Shown in pieces: positions 23,501-33,999 of a DNA stretch of 64,000 bases (positions are counted from its first letter, which is position 1; each line of letters begins with the position of its first letter). Origin of the DNA: Nitrososphaeraceae archaeon (GTDB lineage: Archaea > Thermoproteota > Nitrososphaeria > Nitrososphaerales > Nitrososphaeraceae); NCBI GenBank assembly GCA_035250975.1, contig DATFEP010000014.1, positions 44,646-108,645 of the forward strand. The letters are read 5' to 3'. The position numbers and the translations under genes are program-made. The notes beneath the pieces are model-generated. The model saw nothing but the letters and a program-made list of their open reading frames with translations, did no database searches and had not been told where the DNA came from.

Positions 23501-23590
23501 ATGTGCTGAGGCCTCACAGGTAAGTCCTGCCAATACCATAATTGAAAGGGTAAAAACTATGATATGTAAATATTGTAAATTTTTAATCAA
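20576..23590 (-). CDS. copper acquisition/resistance fusion CopC-CopD-YtkA-like-Vgb-like beta-propeller
   Basis: signal then N-terminal His (AH), VLSAVDGH (CopC); SHAAA, YFHIILASIWIGGL (CopD); P.RLGEN; repeated IWF.E propeller blades; C-terminal TM. Confidence 0.88.
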   Translation of the reverse strand: MIKNLQYLHIIVFTLSIMVLAGLTCEASAHPVIIDSNPKQFQSLDSAPNDASVFFSEPIVLKFSQISVLDSGGNRVDSGTPSNVNGDLASLSIPLNENLTSGTYTVVTKVLSAVDGHVVDNSVVFNIGKGGVTFDQGNITSKNLLDLLSIENSLANILGYVGHVVLIGAPLIFLWITRPIKKFKWLIETLQLDIFTVKRKLLILCIISASLVIFSIILLMLFQAISIGGTIADVISTEFGTMVLVRLILSTILLAFLVFLYRKNKKQSDLNTRNITYIMIFGFILLFTHSLISHAAALDNFVPLLVDYFHIILASIWIGGLIFLSFILVPTLSSVNFEELKIKLISIIIPRFSRIILPTIALTVITGPSLLYSLENNFPIILSSLYGKILICKIILASIMIALGSYHQFVTQKKINTVLVKSVGGVDPIPVNSLILNKFSSSLKIESCIGILLLFTVSLMANMVLPSGEFSSLQLSNYDENIYNTRSTVQDSNVFLSTLYSNDQKISVTLDPARLGENRLSASFATSDGKVDTNIEAATVKLFQLEKGIGPIQVEMNKDSNGVFSGNIPFSTLGLWNVELQGKTSKAGIPNTVSSFNIDIKPKLNDLKFNVTEYKFPVDTLPLYPVYHPQSNSIWVGDTKPGSGQLWEFHLDTKTFTKHRINGTNLITLSVFDPHDNNILWFIDPTSNMIGKYDIVTRQYISIEIPEEGVISGIAIDDNQNLWLSNIQNNSILKYDSKNNKFESLIIPTKDSRPLNLLFDKDNESIWFVESAGKLGKIDARTNNITEYPYDMSSDVKVMSEPTFLFLDPLTSNLFISDHKNNMILHFNSFLETFTKYKLTDVNGLAFGIASDKYDNLWIAQHVSDTLAVLEPETGETMNVNIPKKGSFAQYVISDSDGEIWFAEQRGNALGKITTTFNPSNVQSTTDEKTLSIKSDKNKDKRLTNIFGIDISKVRFGDVFGPLIVIGLILTTLLFIKNEKRLGDSLHELDRYKDIIYKPRKTEK

Positions 23591-23774
23591 ATACAGGTAA
23601 TAGAGATAACTAAATGTTATAATAAATTTGTGGAAAAAATTTATTACAAGCCAAACAACGACATAATTTGTATAAAAGCCCTCCTTTTGACTAAAACTCT
23701 GATTTTGTTGAACAAAGAAATTATAGTATCATCTTATATCTTGTAAATAATGACAAGTATTAAAACAAAAAAAA

Positions 23775-24470
23775 TTATTGAAGGTTAAATTTAGACGTAA
23801 TCTGATCTATCGGTTGAAAAACTAAACTAGTAATAGTTATTTCTGCATAAGGAGATTTGTAGATATCATGGAATTTGTAAGATGATTGTTCAACTCCCCA
23901 TCCAGAATGTAGTGGAAATCCCTGGAATATAGTTTTACCATCCATATCCTTTATGGCAAAGATATAATCTACATGTTCATAGTTGTTCTTACTCTTAGAA
24001 TTAGTGAAAATAATTTTGAAATTTACAGTATTATTTTTTATATCCTTTGGTGTCCAAGTTAAATCTACATTCACACCATTCAAATCTTTCTTTATAGCAT
24101 TATCCAGATCATCTGTAACTTTAACTATACCTTTCATCCAAGGAAATTTTGGAGAGCTGAAGGTAAATATTCCTAGTTCTTCAAATTTATGTTCAAAGGC
24201 TTCATTTGGTGGGATTTTTCCAGATCGTGCTAATGTTATATTATCTTGAGATATAGCTATTTCATGTGAAATATTGTCTGCGTTATTCCATGCTATGGAG
24301 GTACCGACCTCTACGGGATAATATGTGATATCGAAGAATCTTTCCCTATTTTGATCACTTGATCCAGGAATTATTGTGATAATTTCTTCGGCAGTGACAT
24401 TGTTAATACTGAAAAAGATACTGGTAAGTGATATGAACAAGATAACGATTAAAGTGGGGTTTTCGTACAT
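23775..24470 (-). CDS. secreted cupredoxin/plastocyanin-like protein (degenerate Cu site)
   Basis: VGTSIAWNNADNISH...F.H.FEELG.F...PWMKG.VKV; ATG 24470 preferred. Confidence 0.75.
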   Translation of the reverse strand: MYENPTLIVILFISLTSIFFSINNVTAEEIITIIPGSSDQNRERFFDITYYPVEVGTSIAWNNADNISHEIAISQDNITLARSGKIPPNEAFEHKFEELGIFTFSSPKFPWMKGIVKVTDDLDNAIKKDLNGVNVDLTWTPKDIKNNTVNFKIIFTNSKSKNNYEHVDYIFAIKDMDGKTIFQGFPLHSGWGVEQSSYKFHDIYKSPYAEITITSLVFQPIDQITSKFNLQ

Positions 24471-24628
24471 ACTGAGGATTCGCAGATTATGTATATTTTT
24501 AGCTTTCTTTTGCTGACGCTCTTTGAAATATACAGGCACATTAAAATATTATTATGGTTTACATTAAAATAATAATTAACATTTTTTTCATGTATAAAAC
24601 AATTTTTTTAATTTTGCTATTTTTATTT

Positions 24629-25080
24629 ATGTTGAGCGTCAGCGATTTCCATATGGTTAATTCCGATATACCTGAAAATGCTCCAAATGTAGTTGTAAAA
24701 GAATAGGACAAGTATAAAGTACTTTTCTTAGCCTATCCAAAAGAACCTATTAAAGGTACAACACTACATTACTAAATTTCAATATTGTAGATGAAAATCG
24801 TGATCTTAAAAATATTTATTCTTCTGTTATTATTTCAAACAAGAAAAATGGTTCGATAGTATCTCAAACACCCTTTAAATTTTATGTGGTAAGCGATCTT
24901 AGCGTTCCATAAATGTTCCTTAACGAAGGAGATTATATCGTATCTTTACTAACAAAAATAAATGGTGATCCAAAGTATGAGTCAAGTCCAATAATAGCAA
25001 ACTTTGATCTAAAAGTCAGAGATAAAAAAACAGAGTCAAGTGATAGTTTACTGAATAAAATTTTGGGATATTTCAAATGA
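24629..25080 (+). pseudogene. pseudogene of a hypothetical (probably secreted) protein
   Basis: one frame of about 150 codons (MLSVSDFH...YKVLFLAYPKEP...GDYIVSL...GYFK*) broken by in-frame TAG and TAA. Confidence 0.6.
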
Positions 25081-25615
25081 TAAATTTTAGAGTTATTGAA
25101 ATCAAATTAATAAACAAAAAAAGATATGGGATTTAACAGTTATAAATTTACAAAGATTAGTCTTTAATATCACATACGGTATAACATAATTTCCTTAATC
25201 TATTGTTCATTATACTTTACAATATGCAGATTGAATGTTGTTGTTCTATAATTAATGCAAAATTGTGTCTTTTAGACAACCAAACTTAGGATAATAAGTA
25301 CAAAGTAAATAGTTGCTGCACTTGACAAATTGGAAAATATTGCTATAAAAGATAATAAGCAAGATGTAATATCTTTTATTGCAGATCTAAAGAGCCATGG
25401 AATGAACGAAGAAAAAGTAAGATATGCTACCACGATAGCTATATGGGAGATTACTTGAGTTAAAGGAAAAAAACAACAGATACTCTAATAATCCTCTTTA
25501 TTCCTAACTATTTTTATAAAACCAACGAGATTACACCAACATTAAACCATGCTGGCTTAATCCTGTGTTCATGAATTACCTATAGATTTTTTTAATTTAT
25601 CATTTATTTATTTAT

Positions 25616-26209
25616 TTATTTGTTTTTCATCCATTCTCTTTCTTCCAAGTATTCAATAAGTATTATCATTTCTTGTATTCTTACTTCGCCCCCAGCTTGA
25701 TTTTTGCATACCTCATAATGCTTCAGTAACATTTCATTTTCCTTATCTGATATTACGTTTCTTTCATCTATTAGGTCAAAGAATTTATCCTCTTTTCCTG
25801 TATGGTCATCGATAAATAGTGCGTATGATTTTAAGAATCTGGCTACTGGCTCCAGGGTTGTCATGATGTGTTTATTTGTTTCTGTTGATGTTTCTTTCAT
25901 ATTCTTTTTCCATTCATTTAATTCTCTCCTTAACATAGTTGCTATCCTTCTTCCAAATTCATGTTCAATCAAGAATTTTCGAACATCCTCTGCAAATCCA
26001 TTCTTATCTTTTGTATCAGGAAAAAATGCTTTCTCTTCTTTCCCATGATGAAAATGATCTACAAATTCTTCTATTATTACAGAAATAATTTCTATATCCT
26101 CTATTGGCACATACTGGTTCGCATATAATTTGTTTGAACATTTTTGAGCAATGTCTTTGACTCTTCTTAGCGTAATATGATCATTCTTGAGGTTCTGTGT
26201 TGCATTCAT
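25616..26209 (-). CDS. hemerythrin (HHE) domain protein
   Basis: LKNDH, FVDHFHHGKEE, EHEFGR, HTGKED. Confidence 0.9.
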   Translation of the reverse strand: MNATQNLKNDHITLRRVKDIAQKCSNKLYANQYVPIEDIEIISVIIEEFVDHFHHGKEEKAFFPDTKDKNGFAEDVRKFLIEHEFGRRIATMLRRELNEWKKNMKETSTETNKHIMTTLEPVARFLKSYALFIDDHTGKEDKFFDLIDERNVISDKENEMLLKHYEVCKNQAGGEVRIQEMIILIEYLEEREWMKNK

Positions 26210-26732
26210 CTTTAGAATATATCAAATACTGCAGTAATAAATTTGAATTACTTGTGATAACAATAAAGCAACAAGATATGGTAGAGAGAAAGATGTAAAG
26301 CAAAGTATGATGACAAAAAGGAAAGAAGGAGGATACAGATCCTAACTTTTTAGGAAATATGTGTCTTACCAAGATATCTCTTTCCTATCACTTTATAACT
26401 TTCTCATTTTTCGTTGTTGATTCCACTTTTATCCGAAAGATTGAATTTTATATTTCTTGGATTCCTTAATATTGTTGAGAGCTGAATATCGCCGTTAGTG
26501 GTGGGGGCAAGAACTTCATTTGGATAACGTTTGCCGATCTGTAAGAATATCTTGAGCGAAGGTAAAGATTAGAGATAAAATCAGTTATAAAATCAGTTAT
26601 AATATTACAATGTGAACATTTTTCTTTAATACGTTGGTTATTTTTAAATATTTGATAAAACTGTGCGAATGTTTCTAATAAAGAGACAAGTAATTGTAAA
26701 TGATCGTTCAAGTACACAATTAATATATATTT

Positions 26733-27326
26733 TCAAATCTCAACTTCAATATTTAATAACTCTCTTAAAATAATCAAACATCTATTTGTGAGATTTCTAT
26801 TAGTCGTAAAGAATCCTCTATATCGGCCTGGTTTGAACTCTTCTGCAACTAAAGCACAACCTTCATCACTGGCAATAGCTATTATGACCCAATTGTTTTC
26901 TAACCCTGACTCAGTAAAATCTATGATCTCAACATTTGATAAATTTGTTCCTTGCGCCAATCCTTGCCCTCCTATCAAATATGTTTTTTTTGACAACGGA
27001 GAAATAGTAGCATATTGTTCTGCTACAGAATTAAAATTACTTCTTCTTTGAAACAACGATAACAAGACAAATTTATTAAATGGTGGTTTTATGCGTAAAA
27101 TATTTTCTAGTCCTTTACTTAGTACAAGCATGTTTTTTCTTGATGTAGTATAAAAACATTCATGCCAGCTATCTGGTGCTACAAAGTAATTATTAGGATA
27201 ATTTAGAGTATTATTGTAATCAGCTTGAATCTGTTCATCAGGAATATTTTTTCCTTTAAAATCTGATATTAATTGTGTAAAAGGGCTAAGATTAGATGAA
27301 CTTGTTGTGTTATGAATTTTAGACAT
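26733..27326 (-). CDS. stand-alone DICT-like sensory domain protein
   Basis: MLVLSKGLE...SLFQRRSNF....QYATI...NNWVII...CALVAEE...GFFT matches the DICT pattern. Confidence 0.65.
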   Translation of the reverse strand: MSKIHNTTSSSNLSPFTQLISDFKGKNIPDEQIQADYNNTLNYPNNYFVAPDSWHECFYTTSRKNMLVLSKGLENILRIKPPFNKFVLLSLFQRRSNFNSVAEQYATISPLSKKTYLIGGQGLAQGTNLSNVEIIDFTESGLENNWVIIAIASDEGCALVAEEFKPGRYRGFFTTNRNLTNRCLIILRELLNIEVEI

Positions 27327-28019
27327 AGGAAAAATATAGTAATATCTCTAGCATATTAGGATTTCCTAAATTTATTAACATTATGCTAAATGCAAAAGAA
27401 TTTGACAAGAAAAGGATCCTTGAGATATTTTATTTTTTTTGATTCTATGTAATAAACCTAATTTAACATTAAATAAATATTTTTGAGATATATAAATCAA
27501 AGTGAATTAGGATTATTAATTGATACAAATACATTTTTTTAGACCTCTTGGGAAAAAATGGTAAAAGTGACTAAATGAAATTAAATTATATTTAAAACAA
27601 TAGATGATTTGACCCTGTTGCATACATCTAAGAATGTTTCTGTAAAATCCTTAGAGCTAGCGATAATCAAAAGAATCTTCAGGCTTCATCTTTTGTTATA
27701 TTCTTAATCCGTTTTCTTGCAGCTGTAAATTTAACAAAAAGATGTTCTATCTTTATACGATTCGGTCTAAATAACTGTGAATTGAAGCTACATAAGCATT
27801 AAGATATATCGGTTCTTATATATGGCGTGGGAAAAATTATATCGTAATATAGCAATTTGACTTGCGCATGGTCATTTAATAGGAATTTATTTTATAAAGG
27901 TTATATTTTTCTACCGCTGCAATTAACATTATGTCTTACAAAAAGAAATTATATTAGGTCTAGAAGTGTCATAGAATAACTAGGTGTTGTTATAATAATA
28001 TTAAAAATTGTATTATAAA

Positions 28020-28790
28020 TTATTTTATCGTTAATATGTAAGTGGTCGTGTAATTCCAACCTACAGGTCCTGCAAATTCGTCTTTGTCTGAACTGCCATT
28101 TGTTTCATCATTTTTAGTTTTAATGTTTCCCTTAAATTTAAGTTCATAATCACCAGGATATAGAGGTTTTAAAAATACCCAAATTCCGTCAGAAACCGCT
28201 TGAGTAGTTTGTGATGGTAAATCTAAAATGTTCTTTTCAGGTAAAGTAAAATTAAAAATATCTGATTGAATGCGATAATTTTCTAGATTTGATATTTTTA
28301 CACTGTCAAGTGTTGCAAACTCTGAAAATGTTGTATCTTGAATTTTTTTAGCGCAGGTACTTAATTCCTCTTTTGTTTTCATATTTGGGTACTCAGCAAA
28401 TGAACATTCAGAATTTAATATAGGAAATAGTATACCTACACCAAAAGGGATTTCACAATATCTAATAACTGAGTGTTGATAAGTACCTGGGAAAAACCAG
28501 ACAGGTTCTTTCTGACCCTCTTTACAGAATTTTCCAGTATCATCATATGCTGGATGAATATTTTGTGGAATTGAATATGCCCATTGCCACCATTTTTCAG
28601 TCCATTGTGGATATGTAAGATTAAAAGGACTTGAATCAGACTCAAAAACTAAATTAGCTACATCCAAATTCGTATTATTTGTTTTAGTAGTTTGATTAGA
28701 AGGGCCTTCACTATACGAAACCAAATTATTTGAATCTAGTAGAATTATAATTGTAATAAATGAACTTAGAAGTAAGATAAATTTTATCAT
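28020..28790 (-). CDS. conserved secreted protein (WWQWA...HPAYDDTG..C family)
   Basis: signal peptide; WWQWAYSIP, PVWFFPGT, ILFPILNSEC, VSDGIWVFLKPL. Confidence 0.8.
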   Translation of the reverse strand: MIKFILLLSSFITIIILLDSNNLVSYSEGPSNQTTKTNNTNLDVANLVFESDSSPFNLTYPQWTEKWWQWAYSIPQNIHPAYDDTGKFCKEGQKEPVWFFPGTYQHSVIRYCEIPFGVGILFPILNSECSFAEYPNMKTKEELSTCAKKIQDTTFSEFATLDSVKISNLENYRIQSDIFNFTLPEKNILDLPSQTTQAVSDGIWVFLKPLYPGDYELKFKGNIKTKNDETNGSSDKDEFAGPVGWNYTTTYILTIK

Positions 28791-29179
28791 ATTCCTATTT
28801 TTTATTTCAATATATGTTAAGAATCTTTCTCTGATGTTAATAAGATAAACTTAAAAAATAAGATGATTTTTCTTTATCATTATCATTTCTAGGATTTGTT
28901 TTTGTATATGTTGTAAATAGGATATTAAGGAGATATGCATGATACTGACTTTTATATCTTGCAGCTTTAATCGTAAGAGAGCTCAAAGGAGCCTTACTCT
29001 CTCCATCACTGCATCGAATATTACATGACGACAACAGATGGAATTAGCACTAGTTAATTCCACGGTAGTATAGACGTAAAATAATTATAAAATTTTTTTG
29101 GAAGCTAAGACTAACATAACCTAGAATTTATTTTTGATATGTGATTTGATTATTGTTATAAAGTTGAAATTAATATTAT

Positions 29180-29722
29180 ATGTATATGCATGTCATTATA
29201 AGACCAATAATTAAACTCGATAATGATATTTTAAATTTTTTAATAGGCGCCTTGTCAAAGGAATTTGATTATGCCAATGTTACTGTTAGTAATACACCAA
29301 AAATCGATATTGAAGAATTTATTGATCGCAGAAGAAATCAAATAAGATCATCTGAATTGTTATATTGGGTATTAGAAAAAATGAAACCGACAAGAGAAAC
29401 GAAGATTCTAATCATTTGTGATATGTATGCCTATACAGTAGATTTGAACTTTGTATTCGGAGAAGCCTATATAGGTGGAAGAGCTGCTGTTATATGTCTT
29501 CCTAGGTTAAGACAAGAATTCTATCATCTTAAACCTGATGAACTAGTATTTCGCGATAGAATTGTAAAAGAAGCAATCCATGAATTAGGTCATTCATTTG
29601 GTTTATATCATTGCGCAAATAAAAAATGTGTTATGCATTTTAGTAATTCATTACCAGATACTGATTTCAAACAAAGAAGCTTTTGTCCAAATTGCAGGAA
29701 TAATTTACAATATAAAGACTGA
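29180..29722 (+). CDS. amzA: archaemetzincin (peptidase M54)
   Basis: LNFVFGEA, HELGHSFGLYHC, CVMHFSNS, FCPNC. Confidence 0.93.
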   Translation: MYMHVIIRPIIKLDNDILNFLIGALSKEFDYANVTVSNTPKIDIEEFIDRRRNQIRSSELLYWVLEKMKPTRETKILIICDMYAYTVDLNFVFGEAYIGGRAAVICLPRLRQEFYHLKPDELVFRDRIVKEAIHELGHSFGLYHCANKKCVMHFSNSLPDTDFKQRSFCPNCRNNLQYKD

Positions 29723-29976
29723 GAGCATTGTTCTGTTTATTCACCTTTCAAGCCAAATAACATAAATCATAAATAGAATATTTACAACTAAATAGTTTTT
29801 TGTTTAAATTAAAAATGTTGTATTAATCTATTAAATCCTATTTTATTTTTAAATTTGTAACTTTAAGACAATTAAAATAAAAGATAAGGCATCGAAGTAA
29901 AAGAATGAATGGTCAGAAAAAAGTTGCTTTAATGGTTTTATAATTAAATTGGTTTGGTTGTAGATATATTCCTTTG

Positions 29977-31881
29977 TTAGTTAGCAATATTATTGAATAT
30001 AGGTATAACAAATTTCTGATCAAACGATCTTACAAATTTTGTGAAATCTCTGATATCGCCATCTATGCTTACTTTCTTTGCTATTATTTTGTCAAGCAGT
30101 TTCGATTTGCCGACCATAACATCTTTGAGTGTTTCTGAATCTGTAAACAATGCAATGTTATATTCTTTAGGAAATGAGTCTTCATATTCAACAACGTCGT
30201 TTCGAATTTCCAGGGTAAAACCTTCTTCTGTATCGTTCAAATATAATCCCAAAATCAGGTCATAATCTGGGCTTTTTGCAGGATCAAGTTTGAATATCAT
30301 GTTAAAGAGAAGATCGTCAATTGATACTGTAGGAAGTATCTGATCAACTATGTTTGTACTTGGAAGTCTTTGTAACGTAGAGGCATTTATCTTACCATCA
30401 AGGATGTCTGCTTGTGTTAAATACCAATTTCTGCCCCCAGAAGTAGGATTCTCCCAGCCTAATTTTCTAAGTGCATCGGCTTTCAATAACTTGGCATCTT
30501 TATTATCTGGATAAGCGTATATAGTATAAGTAGCAAGCTCTGCTGCCCAAGAATATTCTCGATTATCTATTGACCTCTTTACCTCATCTAATGTTGCATT
30601 CAATCCTCCAAAGCCGTTAACAATTTTTGATCCTCTTTCTTGCAGGGTAATAGGGTTAAACCAGGTAGCATCACCAGAATTCCAGCCTACTACATAGCTA
30701 TATATCTGTCTTATCGCCCAAGAAAGTTCGCCGGTTTTTTCCTGTAACCAAGGATGCTCTTTTAGATAAGGAGGAAGTTCTAGAATTTCAGTTATCTCGT
30801 CAGCATTGAACCCGTGATTGATATATCTGATGGTTTGTTGAACCAAATAAGATATCGCATCCCTATAGGAGATCAAAATGTCCGAAACATTATCGTAACC
30901 TCTGGCAGGTAATAAGTGACTAGGTATTAGATATGTAGCATTCAGTTCTCTCATGGCATCTATTGCATCAATCCATGACTGTATATCAACATCTTCCAAA
31001 CCGGACATGGAATAAAGATTTGGAAATGATTGATACACTAGATCACTTGAAAAAAGCGCTCCTTTATCTGGTATCCAAACATAAATCTGTTCAGGTGATG
31101 GTCCCGGCGCTGAAATGAGAGTAATATTTATTCCTGAATATGTCGTATCAAGTGTGTCGTTAAACAGGATATTTGGAGTAGCATAAGAGATATTCCCTAA
31201 TTTCCAGTTTGGTCCCAGTCCGCTGCTTATTGAACTATCGCTTTCATTACCTTTGGGAAGTAACAATCCGCTCCAATAAAGTTCATAAATGGATTTTTGT
31301 TTTGCTATTTCTCCTATCGATGGAAAAACATTTTCAGGGAATTCGCTATTTGCTATAATATCCAGTTGCTGTCCTTTTATCTTACTATCGTTAACAAATA
31401 TTCCAGCTCCACTTACATGATCTGCTTTCCCATTCGTATAGATAAGAGCAGAAACAGGTTTGTCGGTAATTTTTCGAAATTCAGAAAGAACCATTTTGGC
31501 TTGGTCAACAGATGAACCACTATCTATGACTAGTATGCCGTCTGTTCCTTCAAGCATAATAATATTTGATGGACCATATCCAATAGCTGTATAGACATCA
31601 GGTGTAACTTCAACTACGCTTGGTGGTGTAAATTGTTTTATTTGTTGCAAGAGCAAAGGATTTACTGTTGTATTACTGACAGGTCCAATGAGTGTAGATG
31701 GCATAGATTCAACAGAGGATTGATTTTTGGTAATGACAGCTTCTGCAAAATAAAAGTCTGAATATAAAAATAATAAAGACAGCGCAAGTAACATCATGAA
31801 ATTTGCTAAAAAAATAGTTTGTACAATAAATGATTTTTTGTGAATCATAAACAATATGAACATAAACAGAATCCTTGTCAT
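29977..31881 (-). CDS. secreted alkyl-sulfatase (SdsA1-like MBL + dimerisation + SCP2) homolog with degenerate Zn site
   Basis: VYTAIGYG.SN, LIYTNGKADH, FPNLYS, LIPSH, WAAEL, KADALRKLG, RNWYLT. Confidence 0.85.
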   Translation of the reverse strand: MTRILFMFILFMIHKKSFIVQTIFLANFMMLLALSLLFLYSDFYFAEAVITKNQSSVESMPSTLIGPVSNTTVNPLLLQQIKQFTPPSVVEVTPDVYTAIGYGPSNIIMLEGTDGILVIDSGSSVDQAKMVLSEFRKITDKPVSALIYTNGKADHVSGAGIFVNDSKIKGQQLDIIANSEFPENVFPSIGEIAKQKSIYELYWSGLLLPKGNESDSSISSGLGPNWKLGNISYATPNILFNDTLDTTYSGINITLISAPGPSPEQIYVWIPDKGALFSSDLVYQSFPNLYSMSGLEDVDIQSWIDAIDAMRELNATYLIPSHLLPARGYDNVSDILISYRDAISYLVQQTIRYINHGFNADEITEILELPPYLKEHPWLQEKTGELSWAIRQIYSYVVGWNSGDATWFNPITLQERGSKIVNGFGGLNATLDEVKRSIDNREYSWAAELATYTIYAYPDNKDAKLLKADALRKLGWENPTSGGRNWYLTQADILDGKINASTLQRLPSTNIVDQILPTVSIDDLLFNMIFKLDPAKSPDYDLILGLYLNDTEEGFTLEIRNDVVEYEDSFPKEYNIALFTDSETLKDVMVGKSKLLDKIIAKKVSIDGDIRDFTKFVRSFDQKFVIPIFNNIAN

Positions 31882-32065
31882 ATAATATAAATTCTTTGTA
31901 AAATTTATAATCTCTTTAAAATATGCAATATAGTGATTTGGTAGAGAACAATATTAAAATTTAAAAGAGATATAGCGAAAATCAAGAGATACTGGCCATC
32001 TATTAGAAAAATGTTTTCCAAAACAATTAAAAAAAGGCACGAGATATTAACATGACAGAGTAACA

Positions 32066-33163
32066 CTGATTAATAGGTTTAATTTCATATTTGGGGTATT
32101 ATTAATTTCGATTCTTGGCATAATTTTTTCCAATCTCGAAATTCCCTCAGCTGACGCAGCGAAAAAATCCTTTAAATCCAAGAGTAAAAAATCTAAATCC
32201 GATTTCAAAAAGTCCGATTTCAAGTCCAAGAGTAAAAAATCTAAATCCGATTTCAAGAAATACGATAAAAAAATTAAAGATAAAAAGTTCAAACCAAGCA
32301 GCATTTCTCAAGGTTCTTCTTTACCTTCTTTTAAGCCAGCAAATATCAAGGATCTGGATACAGATAAAATCAAGAGTCTGGATAAAGGTAAAATCAAGAG
32401 TCTGGATAAAGATAAACTCGATAACTTTGCCGGTATTTCACAGTTACCATATTTTCCTAATTGCGGAAAACAAGGAACCTGTATAGACATTGGGGACGGA
32501 ATCAACATTGATGATGAAATTGACATTGATGGCGATGTGGATATCGACTGGGATAATGACTGGGATGTCGACTGGGATAATATAGATGTTGACATCGATG
32601 AAGATATAGATGTTGACATCGATGATGATGACGTAGATATCGTGGTTAAAGATAATGACGATGATGACGATGATGACGATGATGACGATGATGACGATTA
32701 TGACGATGATGACGAAGATATTACATATGTCTATAATTATGGATATCAGGATTCAAGTTATCAAGAACCGTATGGATATGAATATGGTATATTTCCTGTT
32801 CAAGAAGACACAAGTCCCCAACAATCTTATGTGGAATCTGAGGTACAGAGAATAGTTAATGAAGGATCCTTTAAACTTCAGTTGGTGGACTCTGGAAAAC
32901 CTTTCACCCCTGTAAACAATACTGGATATATACTTCTAGGAGCTAACCAAGGAACAAATAATGAACTTGAAATATCAAATGGTTCTAATGGTCAACTTAT
33001 CGTACTAACTGGCGCAGATGATTCAAGACCTGTAAAGATATCAAATATAGGAAACATAAAACTCGATCTAAATGAAGCAATACTAGGTAAAAATGATGCA
33101 TTAGTACTTGCATACTTGGATCAATCAACTTCATGGGTCCAGATAGCATCCAAGTTTGTATAG
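32066..33163 (+). CDS. secreted low-complexity protein (Lys/Ser-rich block, then Asp-rich block, then globular C-terminus); non-canonical start inferred
   Basis: frame of the 32537 ORF is open back to 32051 and encodes a signal peptide (FNFIFGVLLISILGIIF...SADA) and KSKSKKSKSDFKK repeats; CTG at 32066. Confidence 0.7.
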   Translation: MINRFNFIFGVLLISILGIIFSNLEIPSADAAKKSFKSKSKKSKSDFKKSDFKSKSKKSKSDFKKYDKKIKDKKFKPSSISQGSSLPSFKPANIKDLDTDKIKSLDKGKIKSLDKDKLDNFAGISQLPYFPNCGKQGTCIDIGDGINIDDEIDIDGDVDIDWDNDWDVDWDNIDVDIDEDIDVDIDDDDVDIVVKDNDDDDDDDDDDDDDDYDDDDEDITYVYNYGYQDSSYQEPYGYEYGIFPVQEDTSPQQSYVESEVQRIVNEGSFKLQLVDSGKPFTPVNNTGYILLGANQGTNNELEISNGSNGQLIVLTGADDSRPVKISNIGNIKLDLNEAILGKNDALVLAYLDQSTSWVQIASKFV

Positions 33164-33999
33164 ACTCCAACAATAAATACCTTAAGGTAAATACAAAATA
33201 ATTTTTTTTAATCATATGTAAATTGAATTATATTGGTAATGGAAGTAGAAAAATATTGTTATGTTATTTTAATTTTGATAATCGTCATATAGATAATAAA
33301 TATGAGCGGTTATTTTTTTAGTGCAGCATTTTCTGAAATATGTTCATTTCTCTAAGTGAGAAATGAAGGATTTCTCCTTGGGTATAGAAGCTGATGTCTG
33401 TAAAAACAGCACATGAAAGAAAATTTTCATCACCATGTCTTAAAAAAAAGAAAAATGAATTTTAATTAGGTCATATAATATTGGTATATGTAAATACTCT
33501 AGATGTATTTAGATGAATTCAGAGCAAATCTCAAGTCAAATTGAAATCTAAACTCGAATTATTATCTTGTGTATCTTCATCATTGTTTATTGTTTAAAAA
33601 ATAATTAATGTAATCATGCGTCACATTTTTGTCACCAAAATTCAGATTATATTTTTAAAAAATTGATTATTCTGGATTTTAAAAATTGGCTTTCATTGTA
33701 GTGTGATCGGAGTGGCAAAAAACAACAAAATATTAAAATCTTATTTTAATTAGTCTATATAGTAGAAAAATAAAAAAGTTATTTAGCTTTTTACATACCT
33801 ATTAACTAATTTTATATTTTTTACATCTATGCCAAAAAGAACAGCAAAATATTTTGTTAAGAGCAATATATGAATTCTTGTATATTCATAAAGTGTGCCA
33901 ATAATCAGGATCGAGATCTTCATAGCGATTGATCAGAATTTCAGGCCTCCAGATAATCGTATCTAATAGCAGAGCTCATTTTAAAAAATAATACATCTT

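Noticed and set aside
32047-32619. Minus-strand ORFs 32047-32304 and 32308-32619
   Set aside because: Antisense shadows of the low-complexity plus-strand gene
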